NCBI GenBank assembly: GCA_020726025.1
Contig: DYTH01000001.1
Location: forward strand, 102-64,101
Source of the DNA: Syntrophus aciditrophicus
GTDB taxonomy: Bacteria; Desulfobacterota; Syntrophia; Syntrophales; UBA5619
Length of the DNA: 64,000 bases
Direction of reading: 5' to 3'
The stretch's first letter is position 1; every line of letters starts with the position of its first letter. A program made the position numbers and the translations under genes. The notes below the pieces were generated by a model. The model was not told the origin of the DNA, searched no databases, and saw only the letters and a program-made list of their open reading frames with translations. Positions 48,896 through 57,445 of the stretch are shown here, piece after piece.

Positions 48896-49692
48896 AGCCA
48901 CCTTTTGCGTCGTCTGTACGATTTGACTTCATCGTAGGACTTGGCGTCGCCGGAAACGGACATTCCCAGATAAAATTCCTTGATATCCGGATTTTCCCTT
49001 ACCTCTTCCGCGGGACCTTCCATGACGATTTTTCCGTTTTCCATGACATAGCCATAGGTTGCAATCTTGAGCGCCATCTTGGCGTTCTGCTCGACCAGAA
49101 TAATGGTTGTGCCCTCATCTTCGTTGATGCGGCGGATAATATCGAATATCTCTCGAACCAGTATCGGCGCAAGCCCCAGGGATGGCTCGTCAAGCATAAG
49201 CAATTCAGGGTGAGCCATCAGTCCCCTGCCAATGACGAGCATCTGCAATTCACCTCCGCTGCAGTAACCGGCAAGTTTTTTGCGCATGTTGCTCAACTGG
49301 GGGAAATACTTGTAAACCTTATCGAGGTCCTCCTGATACGGCTTCCCTGCGCGCGTTGCGGTTCCAACCCGCAAGTTTTCCTCAATCGACAGATATTTAA
49401 ATGGCTGACGGCCTTCAAGTACCTGAATAATACCGTGTCTGGTGATCTCTTCGGGCGACTTGTTGTGCATCGGGAGGCCTTTATAAACAATTGCCCCCTC
49501 CGTCACCATGCCGTTTTCGGGTTTCAGAAGCCCGGAGATGGCTTTGAGCGTGGTTGTCTTGCCGGCGCCGTTGCTTCCGAGCAGTGAGACAATTTGTCCT
49601 TTCTCAACAGAAAGTGAAACGCCCTTGAGCACCTGAATCACGTCTGAATAGACGACCGATATATTATTGATCTGCAGCAGTTTCTGTTCCAT
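48892..49692 (-). CDS. ABC transporter ATP-binding protein, LivF-like, with basic C-terminal tail
   Basis: Walker A GSNGAGKTT, signature SGGELQ, Walker B LLMLDEPS. Start trimmed to MEQKLLQINN. The extra tail is ...SYDEVKSYRRRKRWL. Confidence 0.85.
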   Translation of the reverse strand: MEQKLLQINNISVVYSDVIQVLKGVSLSVEKGQIVSLLGSNGAGKTTTLKAISGLLKPENGMVTEGAIVYKGLPMHNKSPEEITRHGIIQVLEGRQPFKYLSIEENLRVGTATRAGKPYQEDLDKVYKYFPQLSNMRKKLAGYCSGGELQMLVIGRGLMAHPELLMLDEPSLGLAPILVREIFDIIRRINEDEGTTIILVEQNAKMALKIATYGYVMENGKIVMEGPAEEVRENPDIKEFYLGMSVSGDAKSYDEVKSYRRRKRWL

Positions 49693-49702
49693 TGAAAAAC
49701 CT

Positions 49703-50776
49703 TTAGTAGGGGAAGGGCCAGAGGCGGAAGTTGGAGCGGACAATCCGCCATAACTCCGCCAGTCCGCGAGGTTCAAAGAGTATGAAAAGGACGATTGCGA
49801 CCCCGTAAAAGAATTCCCGCAGAGGGGCCAGACTCAGACCAAGCTGGGTGACGATGGCGCTGTTCATCAACGTGTCGGTCATCAGGCGCAGCAGCTCGTT
49901 TAAGGCGGTAATGAAGACTGCGCCGAAAATCGAGCCGGAGATGCTTCCCATACCGCCGATAATCACCATGGCGAGGTATTCAACGGAAAGCGACAGGTTG
50001 AATGGTTCCGTTGTGATGCTTCCCATATAGTACGCCCAGAGGGCGCCGGCAAACCCGGCGTAAAACGAACTGACCGCAAAGGCAAACACCTTGTAGGGGA
50101 AAATAGGGATCCCCATTCCCTCGGCCGCACGGTCGTTATCTCTGATCGCAATCCATGCCCGGCCGAAACGGGTGCGGATGATATTCACGGCAATCCAGGT
50201 CATCAGGATAAGCAGGGGAAATATCAAATAAAAGAAGGGAACATCTCCCATGAGCGTGAATCCGCCGAGTTTCGGCATCGGCAATGTTATCCCCATGGTG
50301 CCTTTGGTCATGTATTCCCAGTGCACAAGGACATATTCAATGATGAACTGACCGGCCAGGGTGGCAATGGTCAGGTAGAGGCCTTTAAGCCTTCCGGACG
50401 GCACGCCGAAAATCATCCCAACTCCCGCGGTAATCAATCCGGCGGCGGGAAGGGTGATGAAAATGGGAAGGTTTAATCTTGTAGCAAGAATGGCGCCTGC
50501 ATAGGCGCCGACCCCGAAAAAAGCCCCATGCCCCAGGGATATCTGCCCGGTGAAGCCTGTCAGAAGGTTCAGTCCGACAACGGAAATCGCGGCGATCCCC
50601 GTAAGATTCATGACATAAATGATATACGGGCTGATCGGCAAAAAAGGGACAAGGAAAAGAAGGAGTATCCCGACCACGACCCCTATTCTGCCGAAATCGG
50701 TAGAATAAATGGTAAGCTCACTGTTGTAGGATTCGTTGTAGTTTCCACATGGATGTAGTTGAAATTTTTTCATCAT
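49703..50776 (-). CDS. ABC transporter permease, LivM-like
   Basis: Polytopic membrane protein with GQISLGHGAFFGVGAY, a typical LivM motif. Confidence 0.85.
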   Translation of the reverse strand: MMKKFQLHPCGNYNESYNSELTIYSTDFGRIGVVVGILLLFLVPFLPISPYIIYVMNLTGIAAISVVGLNLLTGFTGQISLGHGAFFGVGAYAGAILATRLNLPIFITLPAAGLITAGVGMIFGVPSGRLKGLYLTIATLAGQFIIEYVLVHWEYMTKGTMGITLPMPKLGGFTLMGDVPFFYLIFPLLILMTWIAVNIIRTRFGRAWIAIRDNDRAAEGMGIPIFPYKVFAFAVSSFYAGFAGALWAYYMGSITTEPFNLSLSVEYLAMVIIGGMGSISGSIFGAVFITALNELLRLMTDTLMNSAIVTQLGLSLAPLREFFYGVAIVLFILFEPRGLAELWRIVRSNFRLWPFPY

Positions 50777-51654
50777 TAAACCCGTTCAATTTCTTTCAAA
50801 CCAAACAAGCCGTATGGTTTGACCAGCAGGATAAACACCAGGATGATATACGGGATAACATCACGAAGCGACGGTGAGATGTAGCCGCCGGTGAAGGTCT
50901 CCAGAATTCCTATGATCAGGCCGCCAACAATCGCGCCGCCGATACTGTCAAGGCCGCCCAGGATGATGACCGGAAACACCTTCAGTCCCAGAGCCGACAA
51001 ATCATGGACATTGACTCCGTTGATAATTCCGAGCACCACGCCGCTCATCCCGGCCACAAGGGCGGCAATGGCCCAGGAGAGTGCGAAAACGCGCCGGACA
51101 TTAACCCCGAGGGACAAAGACGCCCGCTGGTTGTCGGCAACGGAGCGCATGTAAATTCCCTGAGAGGAGAATTTGAAGAACAACCCGAAAAGCACCAGAA
51201 AGAATATTCCGATTCCAAAGGTTGCCACATAAACAGGAGGAACCTGAACCACCCCAAGCTGGATACCCATGGCTGCCGGAAGAAAATCGGGGTATGTGTA
51301 GAGATTTCCTCCAAAGATCAGCAGCAGCAGACCCTTGAACATGGCCGCCAGACCAACTGTCAGCATGATGACAAAAATCAGTTTTTCCCCGATCAGCGAT
51401 CGGAGGAAAACCCTTTCAATCAGGATTCCGGTAATGAAACAGGCAAGAAGTGTAAAAATGAAGGCAAGGATGACAGGCAACTTTACGATGGTTATAAAAA
51501 TAAGAAAGAAATAACCTCCCAGCGCCAGCAGTTCGCCGTGGGCAAAATTCAGGACGCTTGACGATTTGAAGATCATCACGAATCCCATGGCGGAGAGCCC
51601 GTAAACAAATCCAACGGAAAGCCCCCCAATCAAAAGCTGCATGAAAAAATCCAC
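50776..51654 (-). CDS. ABC transporter permease, LivH-like
   Basis: Polytopic membrane protein with NFAHGELLALGGY, a typical LivH motif. It abuts the livM-like gene with a 1-nt overlap. Confidence 0.85.
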   Translation of the reverse strand: MDFFMQLLIGGLSVGFVYGLSAMGFVMIFKSSSVLNFAHGELLALGGYFFLIFITIVKLPVILAFIFTLLACFITGILIERVFLRSLIGEKLIFVIMLTVGLAAMFKGLLLLIFGGNLYTYPDFLPAAMGIQLGVVQVPPVYVATFGIGIFFLVLFGLFFKFSSQGIYMRSVADNQRASLSLGVNVRRVFALSWAIAALVAGMSGVVLGIINGVNVHDLSALGLKVFPVIILGGLDSIGGAIVGGLIIGILETFTGGYISPSLRDVIPYIILVFILLVKPYGLFGLKEIERV

Positions 51655-51698
51655 TTTCCCCTCCCTGATCTTGCGTTTTGAAATTTCCCGGCTGCTCT

Positions 51699-53657
51699 TT
51701 ACGAAGCGGTCAGAACGCGGACGGTGGTATCCATTTCACCGATTTGTCCATCCCGATAGCGTATCTTGCCCTTGACCGGTATTTCGGCATCGCCGGCGTA
51801 CATCCCCTCGATAAGGCGACTGTACGATTCGCTGACAAAGTGGCGGCGAACCTTTCCCGTCCGGGTCAATTCCTCGTCATCGGCGTCAAGCAGCTTGTAC
51901 AGGAGTATGAACTTGCTGACCTTCATGAAATCCAGCAACTGTTTGTTGACGGATTCGACTTCCGCGAGAATCAGCTCCTCCACTTTGGATTGCTGGGAAA
52001 GATCGAGATACGTCGTGTAGGGGATCATTCTCTTTTCTGCCCAGCTTCCCGTATTGCCCAAATCGATATTGATCAGCGCCGTCAAAAAGGGACGTCCCTC
52101 GCCGAAGATGACGGCCTCTTTGATATAGGGGCTGAATTTGAGTCTCGTTTCGATGAAATCAAGGGAAAATGCCTCCCCGCTTTTCGTGCGGATCACCTCT
52201 TCCTTACGACCAATAATCAGCAGATGTCCATCCTTGTCGAAGTAACCGGCATCGCCGGTTCTCAACCAGCCGTCGCGGAAGGCCTCACGGGTCGCCTCCT
52301 CGTTTTGATAATACCCCTGAAATACCGAGCCGCTTTTGATGAGAACTTCCTGATTTTCATCGATTTTAAGCTCCACTCCCGGAAGGGGTCTGCCCACCGT
52401 TTCCGGTTTCACCTCATCATCCGGCTGAATCTGAAATATGCCTCCCGATTCGGTCAGGCCGTAACACTGCTTGAGATTGAGCCCAAAAGAACGGAAGAAG
52501 GTGATCACATCCGGGCTTATGGGATGCCCGCCCGTATAGGCGCCGAGGAAATTGGCGCAGCCGATCCGATCAAGCAGTCGTCGATAAACAGTGACCGAGG
52601 CAAGACTATAGAGCAGCTTCAGGCTCCAGGGAGGGCTTTTTTTCTCGACCCGGAGTGCCTCCATCGTACGCCCTGTTTTCTCGGCGGTATTGAAAAAATA
52701 GCGCTTGATAAAACCCGCATCGGACATCTTCACGCGAATCTTCGAGGCCATGTCTTCCCAGAAACGGGAACCGGTAATAATTCGTGAAGGGCCAATCTCC
52801 CGAAAATCGTCCATCACGGTTTCCGGCATTTCGGGGAAATTCAGCGTCATTCCGGTGTAAAGAGCAACACCAAAACACCACATCTGATCAACAATCCATG
52901 CGGGAGGCGACATCGACAGCCAGTTTTCCCCGGGTTTGATATCGACCGCCGCAGACCACATTCTACCGATGGAGATCAGGCCGTTGTGAGAGAGCGTTGC
53001 CATTTTGGGCAATCCGGTCGTCCCCGAAGTCTGTATCATCAGGGCTGTTTCGTCGCCCCTGCCTTTTTTGAGTTCCTCGTGGAAGAGCTCCGGATTCTGA
53101 CTGTCGAGTTTTTCGCCTTCAGCAAGCAGATCGGCAAAAGAGATAATCCAGTCATTATCCTTGTAGTAACGCATCCCCGTAGGATCTATGTAGATTATTT
53201 TTCTGACATGGTCTAATTTCTGACGGCTTTCGAGAAGCTTGTCAACCTGCTCCTGATTTTCCGCGAAAACGTAAGCCGCGCTTACCCTGCCGAGGGCGAT
53301 GGCAAGCTCCCCGGCTACGGCTGAAGTAAAAAGGTTGAGACTGATCCCTCCAACCGCCTGCGTTCCCGTTTCAGCAAAAAGCCATTCAGAGTGGTTGTCG
53401 GTAATAAGTCCTACAACTTCCTTGCGTTTTATGCCGATTGCAATCAGACCAAGAGCGACCTTTTTTACGTAGCCAAGGTAATCTTTCCAACTGTACACAT
53501 CCCAGATCCCATAGGCTTTTTCCCGTATGGCCGGGTTATCGCCAATACCGCTTTCGGCCTGGTATGCCAACATTTGGGGAACAGTTCCCTGGAAACTGTT
53601 CTTATTTGCGTCGTTGTCGAGACTCAAGAATGTTCCCCTTTCAGAGATTGTTATCAT
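51699..53657 (-). CDS. AMP-forming acyl-CoA ligase (long-chain-fatty-acid-CoA-ligase-like), embedded in the ABC operon
   Basis: AMP-binding motif I MIQTSGTTGLPK, and YGLTESGG and TGDAGYFDKDGHLLIIGR motifs. It overlaps the LivG-like gene by 17 nt. Confidence 0.85.
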   Translation of the reverse strand: MITISERGTFLSLDNDANKNSFQGTVPQMLAYQAESGIGDNPAIREKAYGIWDVYSWKDYLGYVKKVALGLIAIGIKRKEVVGLITDNHSEWLFAETGTQAVGGISLNLFTSAVAGELAIALGRVSAAYVFAENQEQVDKLLESRQKLDHVRKIIYIDPTGMRYYKDNDWIISFADLLAEGEKLDSQNPELFHEELKKGRGDETALMIQTSGTTGLPKMATLSHNGLISIGRMWSAAVDIKPGENWLSMSPPAWIVDQMWCFGVALYTGMTLNFPEMPETVMDDFREIGPSRIITGSRFWEDMASKIRVKMSDAGFIKRYFFNTAEKTGRTMEALRVEKKSPPWSLKLLYSLASVTVYRRLLDRIGCANFLGAYTGGHPISPDVITFFRSFGLNLKQCYGLTESGGIFQIQPDDEVKPETVGRPLPGVELKIDENQEVLIKSGSVFQGYYQNEEATREAFRDGWLRTGDAGYFDKDGHLLIIGRKEEVIRTKSGEAFSLDFIETRLKFSPYIKEAVIFGEGRPFLTALINIDLGNTGSWAEKRMIPYTTYLDLSQQSKVEELILAEVESVNKQLLDFMKVSKFILLYKLLDADDEELTRTGKVRRHFVSESYSRLIEGMYAGDAEIPVKGKIRYRDGQIGEMDTTVRVLTAS

Positions 53658-54468
53658 CCCCGAGGTATGCCTTGATCACCTCGGGGTGTTTGACGACTTC
53701 ACCGGGTGCGCCTTCAGTCAGTTTCTCTCCGAAATTGAGCACAGCTATCCTTCGGGAAATACTCATGACGATAGCCATATCGTGCTCGACCAGGATCATT
53801 GTCTGGCCCCACGCGCGATTAAGCTCAAGGAGAAAACGCACCATGTCCTCTTTTTCTTCGAGATTCATGCCGGCAAACGGTTCATCCAGCACAAGGAGGT
53901 CCGGCTCAAGGGCAAGCGCACGCCCAAGTTCGATCCTCTTCATCATTCCGTAGGGAAGCGATCCAACCGGCTTGTTCCGGACGGACTGAATTTCAAGAAA
54001 ATCAATGATCTCCTCCAGGATGCGGCGATGGGCAATCTCTTCTTCCTTGACCGATCTGGAAAAAAAACAGGCAGGCAAAAAACCGTAACTGTAGTGGATG
54101 TGCCTGGCAAGAAAAAGGTTGGAAATAACGGTCATGCCGGGGAAAAGTTCAATATTCTGAAATGTCCTTCCAATGCCGATTTTTACAAGCTCATGGGGGT
54201 GCAGATTCTGGATTTCATTTCCGTTAAAGATGATCTTTCCAGCCTCGGGGTGGTAGAAGCCGGTAATACAGTTCATGAGACTGGTCTTGCCGGCTCCATT
54301 GGGCCCAATGACGGAAAAAAGCTCGCCGCTCTTTACCTCAAGATCAACATTTGTAAGCGCCCTCACGCCTCCGAATGAAAGGGACAGCCCTTTGATTTGA
54401 ATATCCGCCGGTCTTCTGGCTTTTTCTTTGTTTTTGTATATGGACGGCTGTCCCCTGAACGCCTTCAT
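53641..54468 (-). CDS. ABC transporter ATP-binding protein, LivG-like
   Basis: Walker A GPNGAGKTS and Walker B LLVLDEPFAG. Confidence 0.85.
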   Translation of the reverse strand: MKAFRGQPSIYKNKEKARRPADIQIKGLSLSFGGVRALTNVDLEVKSGELFSVIGPNGAGKTSLMNCITGFYHPEAGKIIFNGNEIQNLHPHELVKIGIGRTFQNIELFPGMTVISNLFLARHIHYSYGFLPACFFSRSVKEEEIAHRRILEEIIDFLEIQSVRNKPVGSLPYGMMKRIELGRALALEPDLLVLDEPFAGMNLEEKEDMVRFLLELNRAWGQTMILVEHDMAIVMSISRRIAVLNFGEKLTEGAPGEVVKHPEVIKAYLGDDNNL

Positions 54469-54540
54469 CTGAGTCTATCCCCCTGTTTAGAGCGCATACG
54501 GATACCCTTATGCCATGAGAGCCCATTGTAAAATCAGTCT

Positions 54541-54578
54541 GTCCGTCGCCCCGGCAAAAGCCGGGGCCCAAAACGGAC
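54541..54578 (-). other. Intercistronic stem-loop between the binding-protein gene and the rest of the ABC operon
   Basis: GTCCGT-c-GCCCCGG-caaaag-CCGGGGC-ccaaa-ACGGAC (plus-strand reading): a 7-bp GC stem extended by a 6-bp outer stem, with no T tract on either strand. Confidence 0.5.
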
Positions 54579-54601
54579 TGAAAAGATGTTCTCACAGTGT
54601 C

Positions 54602-55801
54602 TTATTTGATCAGTTTTACATTTTCCTTGCCGGGGACGTAAAAGTTCGTCAGCGGTGTAAAGGTCCCATCCTCATTGACCGCAACCATCCGGCCGCTGAA
54701 GGATGCTTCATGATTGGCAGGCGAGTAGGAAACAGCGGGGATTAAACCACCAAAGTCTTCATTTTTGAACGATTCCATAGCGCTGTTGATTGTTGCGCTG
54801 TTGATGGCCTTGGATTTTTCATTTGCCCGAATCATGGCGCGTTCCATGATGCTTCCGACAACAACCCCTTCCCAGTAGGCGTTGTCAAATTTATCGACGG
54901 TCTTGTAGCGCTTGATCAACTCGTTCATCAGCTCAATTCCCTTGTTGTTGTCTCCGGGGAGGCAACCGGGAAACTGCATGGTGAGACGGTGTTTGATAAG
55001 ACCCTGTCCCATCTTGAAGAAATCCGGATCCGTCGAGGTCCAGGTGCCGAGAAATGGAACATCGTATTTTATACGGTCGGCGCTGCGCAGTGCGGTAATG
55101 ATGGCGGATGGAAGCATCTGAATGAAAAGATACTCGGCGCCGGCTTTCTGCAGGCGTAAAAGTTCTGTTGAGAGATCAACCGTCTTGGGCGGAAATTCCT
55201 CGATTGCAACGATGTTGATATTCTTTTTAGCTGCATATTCCTTCGCGGGTTTGTGTATGGAGCGTCCGTAGGCGTTGTTGTAGGTGAGAAGACCGACTTT
55301 CGGCGCATCTTTCCCTTTGTGAATGGCATGAATGTAGTCAAGAACAGCCTCAGAATCCAGGCGGTAGCTCCCGAAAGGCAGGTACATGTACTGAATGGGG
55401 GCTTCCAGAATCTCCCAGCCGGTCGAATAGTTAATGGTGGGAATTTTGTAATTCTGGATGACCGGTTTGGCGGCAAGCCCTTCTCCTGTTCCCCATGTGG
55501 CGATCATGTCAACCTTGTCCTGAACGGCGAATTTCTTGACCGCGGCTACCGCCTCGGGGACTTTGTAAGCGGTGTCAACAAGAATCATGTCAATCTTGTT
55601 GCCGGCAACACCGCCCTTTACTTCGTTCACATAGCGGAAATAGTCCTGCTGTCCCTTGGCGTGGAATTTCCCCCAGCTTGACGCGGGGCCCGTTAAATTA
55701 ATGGCAGCGCCTACCTTGATAGCCTCCGCGAAAGCCATTCCGGTCCACAGAAAAGAAACGGCAACGATGCCAACCAGACACACTCTCCTAAAAATTTTCA
55801 T
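54602..55801 (-). CDS. Periplasmic substrate-binding protein, LivK/type-1 PBP family
   Basis: Signal peptide MKIFRRVCLVGIVAVSFLWTGMAFA, then IKVGAAINLTGPAS. Start trimmed to the ATG at 55801, which has a GGAGGAGGG SD. Confidence 0.85.
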   Translation of the reverse strand: MKIFRRVCLVGIVAVSFLWTGMAFAEAIKVGAAINLTGPASSWGKFHAKGQQDYFRYVNEVKGGVAGNKIDMILVDTAYKVPEAVAAVKKFAVQDKVDMIATWGTGEGLAAKPVIQNYKIPTINYSTGWEILEAPIQYMYLPFGSYRLDSEAVLDYIHAIHKGKDAPKVGLLTYNNAYGRSIHKPAKEYAAKKNINIVAIEEFPPKTVDLSTELLRLQKAGAEYLFIQMLPSAIITALRSADRIKYDVPFLGTWTSTDPDFFKMGQGLIKHRLTMQFPGCLPGDNNKGIELMNELIKRYKTVDKFDNAYWEGVVVGSIMERAMIRANEKSKAINSATINSAMESFKNEDFGGLIPAVSYSPANHEASFSGRMVAVNEDGTFTPLTNFYVPGKENVKLIK

Positions 55802-55857
55802 GTTCACCCTCCTCCAATAAAAAAAATTATGAGCCACAGTAGACCACTTATACCGTG

Positions 55858-55873
55858 GGCATCTAACCGCCCA
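55858..55873 (-). promoter_or_regulatory. Weak sigma54 (-24/-12) promoter candidate upstream of the ABC operon
   Basis: The minus strand reads TGGGCGGTTAGATGCC. GG and GC have the canonical spacing (TGGCAC-N5-TTGC) but only the core positions match. A-tract-rich DNA lies upstream, and the adjacent upstream gene encodes a sigma54 activator. Confidence 0.25.
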
Positions 55874-56019
55874 GACAAATCAAATCAATGTCCATGGCGC
55901 TACCCCGCAAGAAGAAACCGACGCAACCGTTTTTTTTGTCAAACCTGCTTTTTTTTGGAGTTTTGCATTTCTGTGTTTGTGTGCTCGAGTGGGTCTATAA
56001 AACACGGGCCATGTCAAAG

Positions 56020-57429
56020 TCAAGGAAATTTTGCTTCTCCCGCGCATATTCCCAGCTTTTCGCACCGGTAATGGAGAGAATCATACGTTATGCCCAGAAA
56101 CTCGGCAGCCTTTGTTTTGGATCCACTGGATTTTTTCAGCGCCTTTTGTATGAGGCTCTTTTCAAATACCTCCATCATCTCGTTGAGATTCCCTGCTTGT
56201 TCGGAAACATCGACTTGCAGAGCGGCGCTGACCTGATTTTTCTTTTGATCGACGATCATCACATTGTCCGGAAAAAGATTGTCGGGCAATATGATATTGG
56301 AGTTCTCCATGGCCACGCTTCTTTCGATGATGTTCTTCAATTCGCGAATGTTGCCTGGAAATGGATAATCCATCAGCAGATCGAGCGCATAAGATGAAAT
56401 TGTTTTCACCTCTTTTTTCTGCTCTTGTGAATACTGATCAATAAAGTGTTTGACCAGAAGCGGGATGTCTTCCTTTCTTTCGCGAAGCGGCGGGATCGAA
56501 AGAGGAATGACATTGAGTCGGTAGTAGAGATCCTCACGGAATTTTTCCGATTTGACCATTTCGTAAAGATTTTTGTTGGTGGCGGAAATAATGCGCACAT
56601 CAACCAGTATGTCATCGGGACCTCCAATGCGTCTGAAGGTTTTTTCCTGAACCACCCTGAGAAGCTTTACCTGCAGGGAAGGGGGAAGCTCCGCTACCTC
56701 ATCCAGAAATATGGTCCCCCCGTTCGCAAACTCGAAAAGCCCCTGTTTGTCGCTGTAAGCCCCCGTAAAGGCGCCCTTGCAATAACCAAAGAGCTCGCTT
56801 TCAAGAAGGTTTTCCGGTATCCCCCCGCAGTTGATGACGACAAACGGCATTTTGTTGCGGGAGCTGTTTTCATGGATTGCCCTTGCCACAAGCTCTTTGC
56901 CCGTCCCGCTTTCCCCGAGAATCAGGACATTTGTGGTCGTTTGTGCGATTTTTCTTATTATTGCGAATATTTTCAGCATTTCATCACTGCTGCCGATCAT
57001 TTTTCCGAAATGCTCCTGCTCCCCAATCTCTTTAAGAAACAGCATGTCTTCGAGTTTCTTTTCCGTTCCGGCCAGGGCTTTTTTTGCGATCTCCTTTAAA
57101 TCTTCAATCCGTGAACTCTTTTCAAAATAGTCGAAGGCGCCCTCCTTCATAGCCTCGAGCGCGGTTTCCGCTGACGCGTAAGCCGTCATGAGAATGACCA
57201 TGGTTCCTGGTGAAGTTTTTTTTACATCCTTGAGAAAGGTCAATCCGTCGGTATGGGGCATTTTCAAGTCGGTAATGACCAGGTCGAAGGATTCCTTGCG
57301 ACAGCGCAGGATTGCCTTTGCGGCGTCCGGCGCCGTGGCAACCCTGTGCCCCTCCCTGCTGAACATGATCTCCAGAAGCTCCCGCATGCCTTGCTCATCG
57401 TCAACGATAAGAATATTGGACATTTTCAC
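56020..57429 (-). CDS. Sigma54-dependent response regulator (NtrC/AtoC/PilR family)
   Basis: Receiver domain (ILIVDDE...LVITDLKMP). AAA+ domain with GESGTGKE, the GAFTGA sigma54-contact loop, and FLDEV. C-terminal Fis-type HTH. Confidence 0.9.
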   Translation of the reverse strand: MKMSNILIVDDEQGMRELLEIMFSREGHRVATAPDAAKAILRCRKESFDLVITDLKMPHTDGLTFLKDVKKTSPGTMVILMTAYASAETALEAMKEGAFDYFEKSSRIEDLKEIAKKALAGTEKKLEDMLFLKEIGEQEHFGKMIGSSDEMLKIFAIIRKIAQTTTNVLILGESGTGKELVARAIHENSSRNKMPFVVINCGGIPENLLESELFGYCKGAFTGAYSDKQGLFEFANGGTIFLDEVAELPPSLQVKLLRVVQEKTFRRIGGPDDILVDVRIISATNKNLYEMVKSEKFREDLYYRLNVIPLSIPPLRERKEDIPLLVKHFIDQYSQEQKKEVKTISSYALDLLMDYPFPGNIRELKNIIERSVAMENSNIILPDNLFPDNVMIVDQKKNQVSAALQVDVSEQAGNLNEMMEVFEKSLIQKALKKSSGSKTKAAEFLGITYDSLHYRCEKLGICAGEAKFP

Positions 57430-57445
57430 CTCTTCAACGCAAATT

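Noticed and set aside
55796-55806. 11-nt match (TTCATGTTCAC) to the 21-nt repeat core at the start of the binding-protein gene.
   Set aside because: Only the core matches, and here it is the reverse complement of the SD-to-ATG region (GGTGAACATGAA). It lacks the flanking GAAGCTT and CAAA parts, so it is most likely chance.
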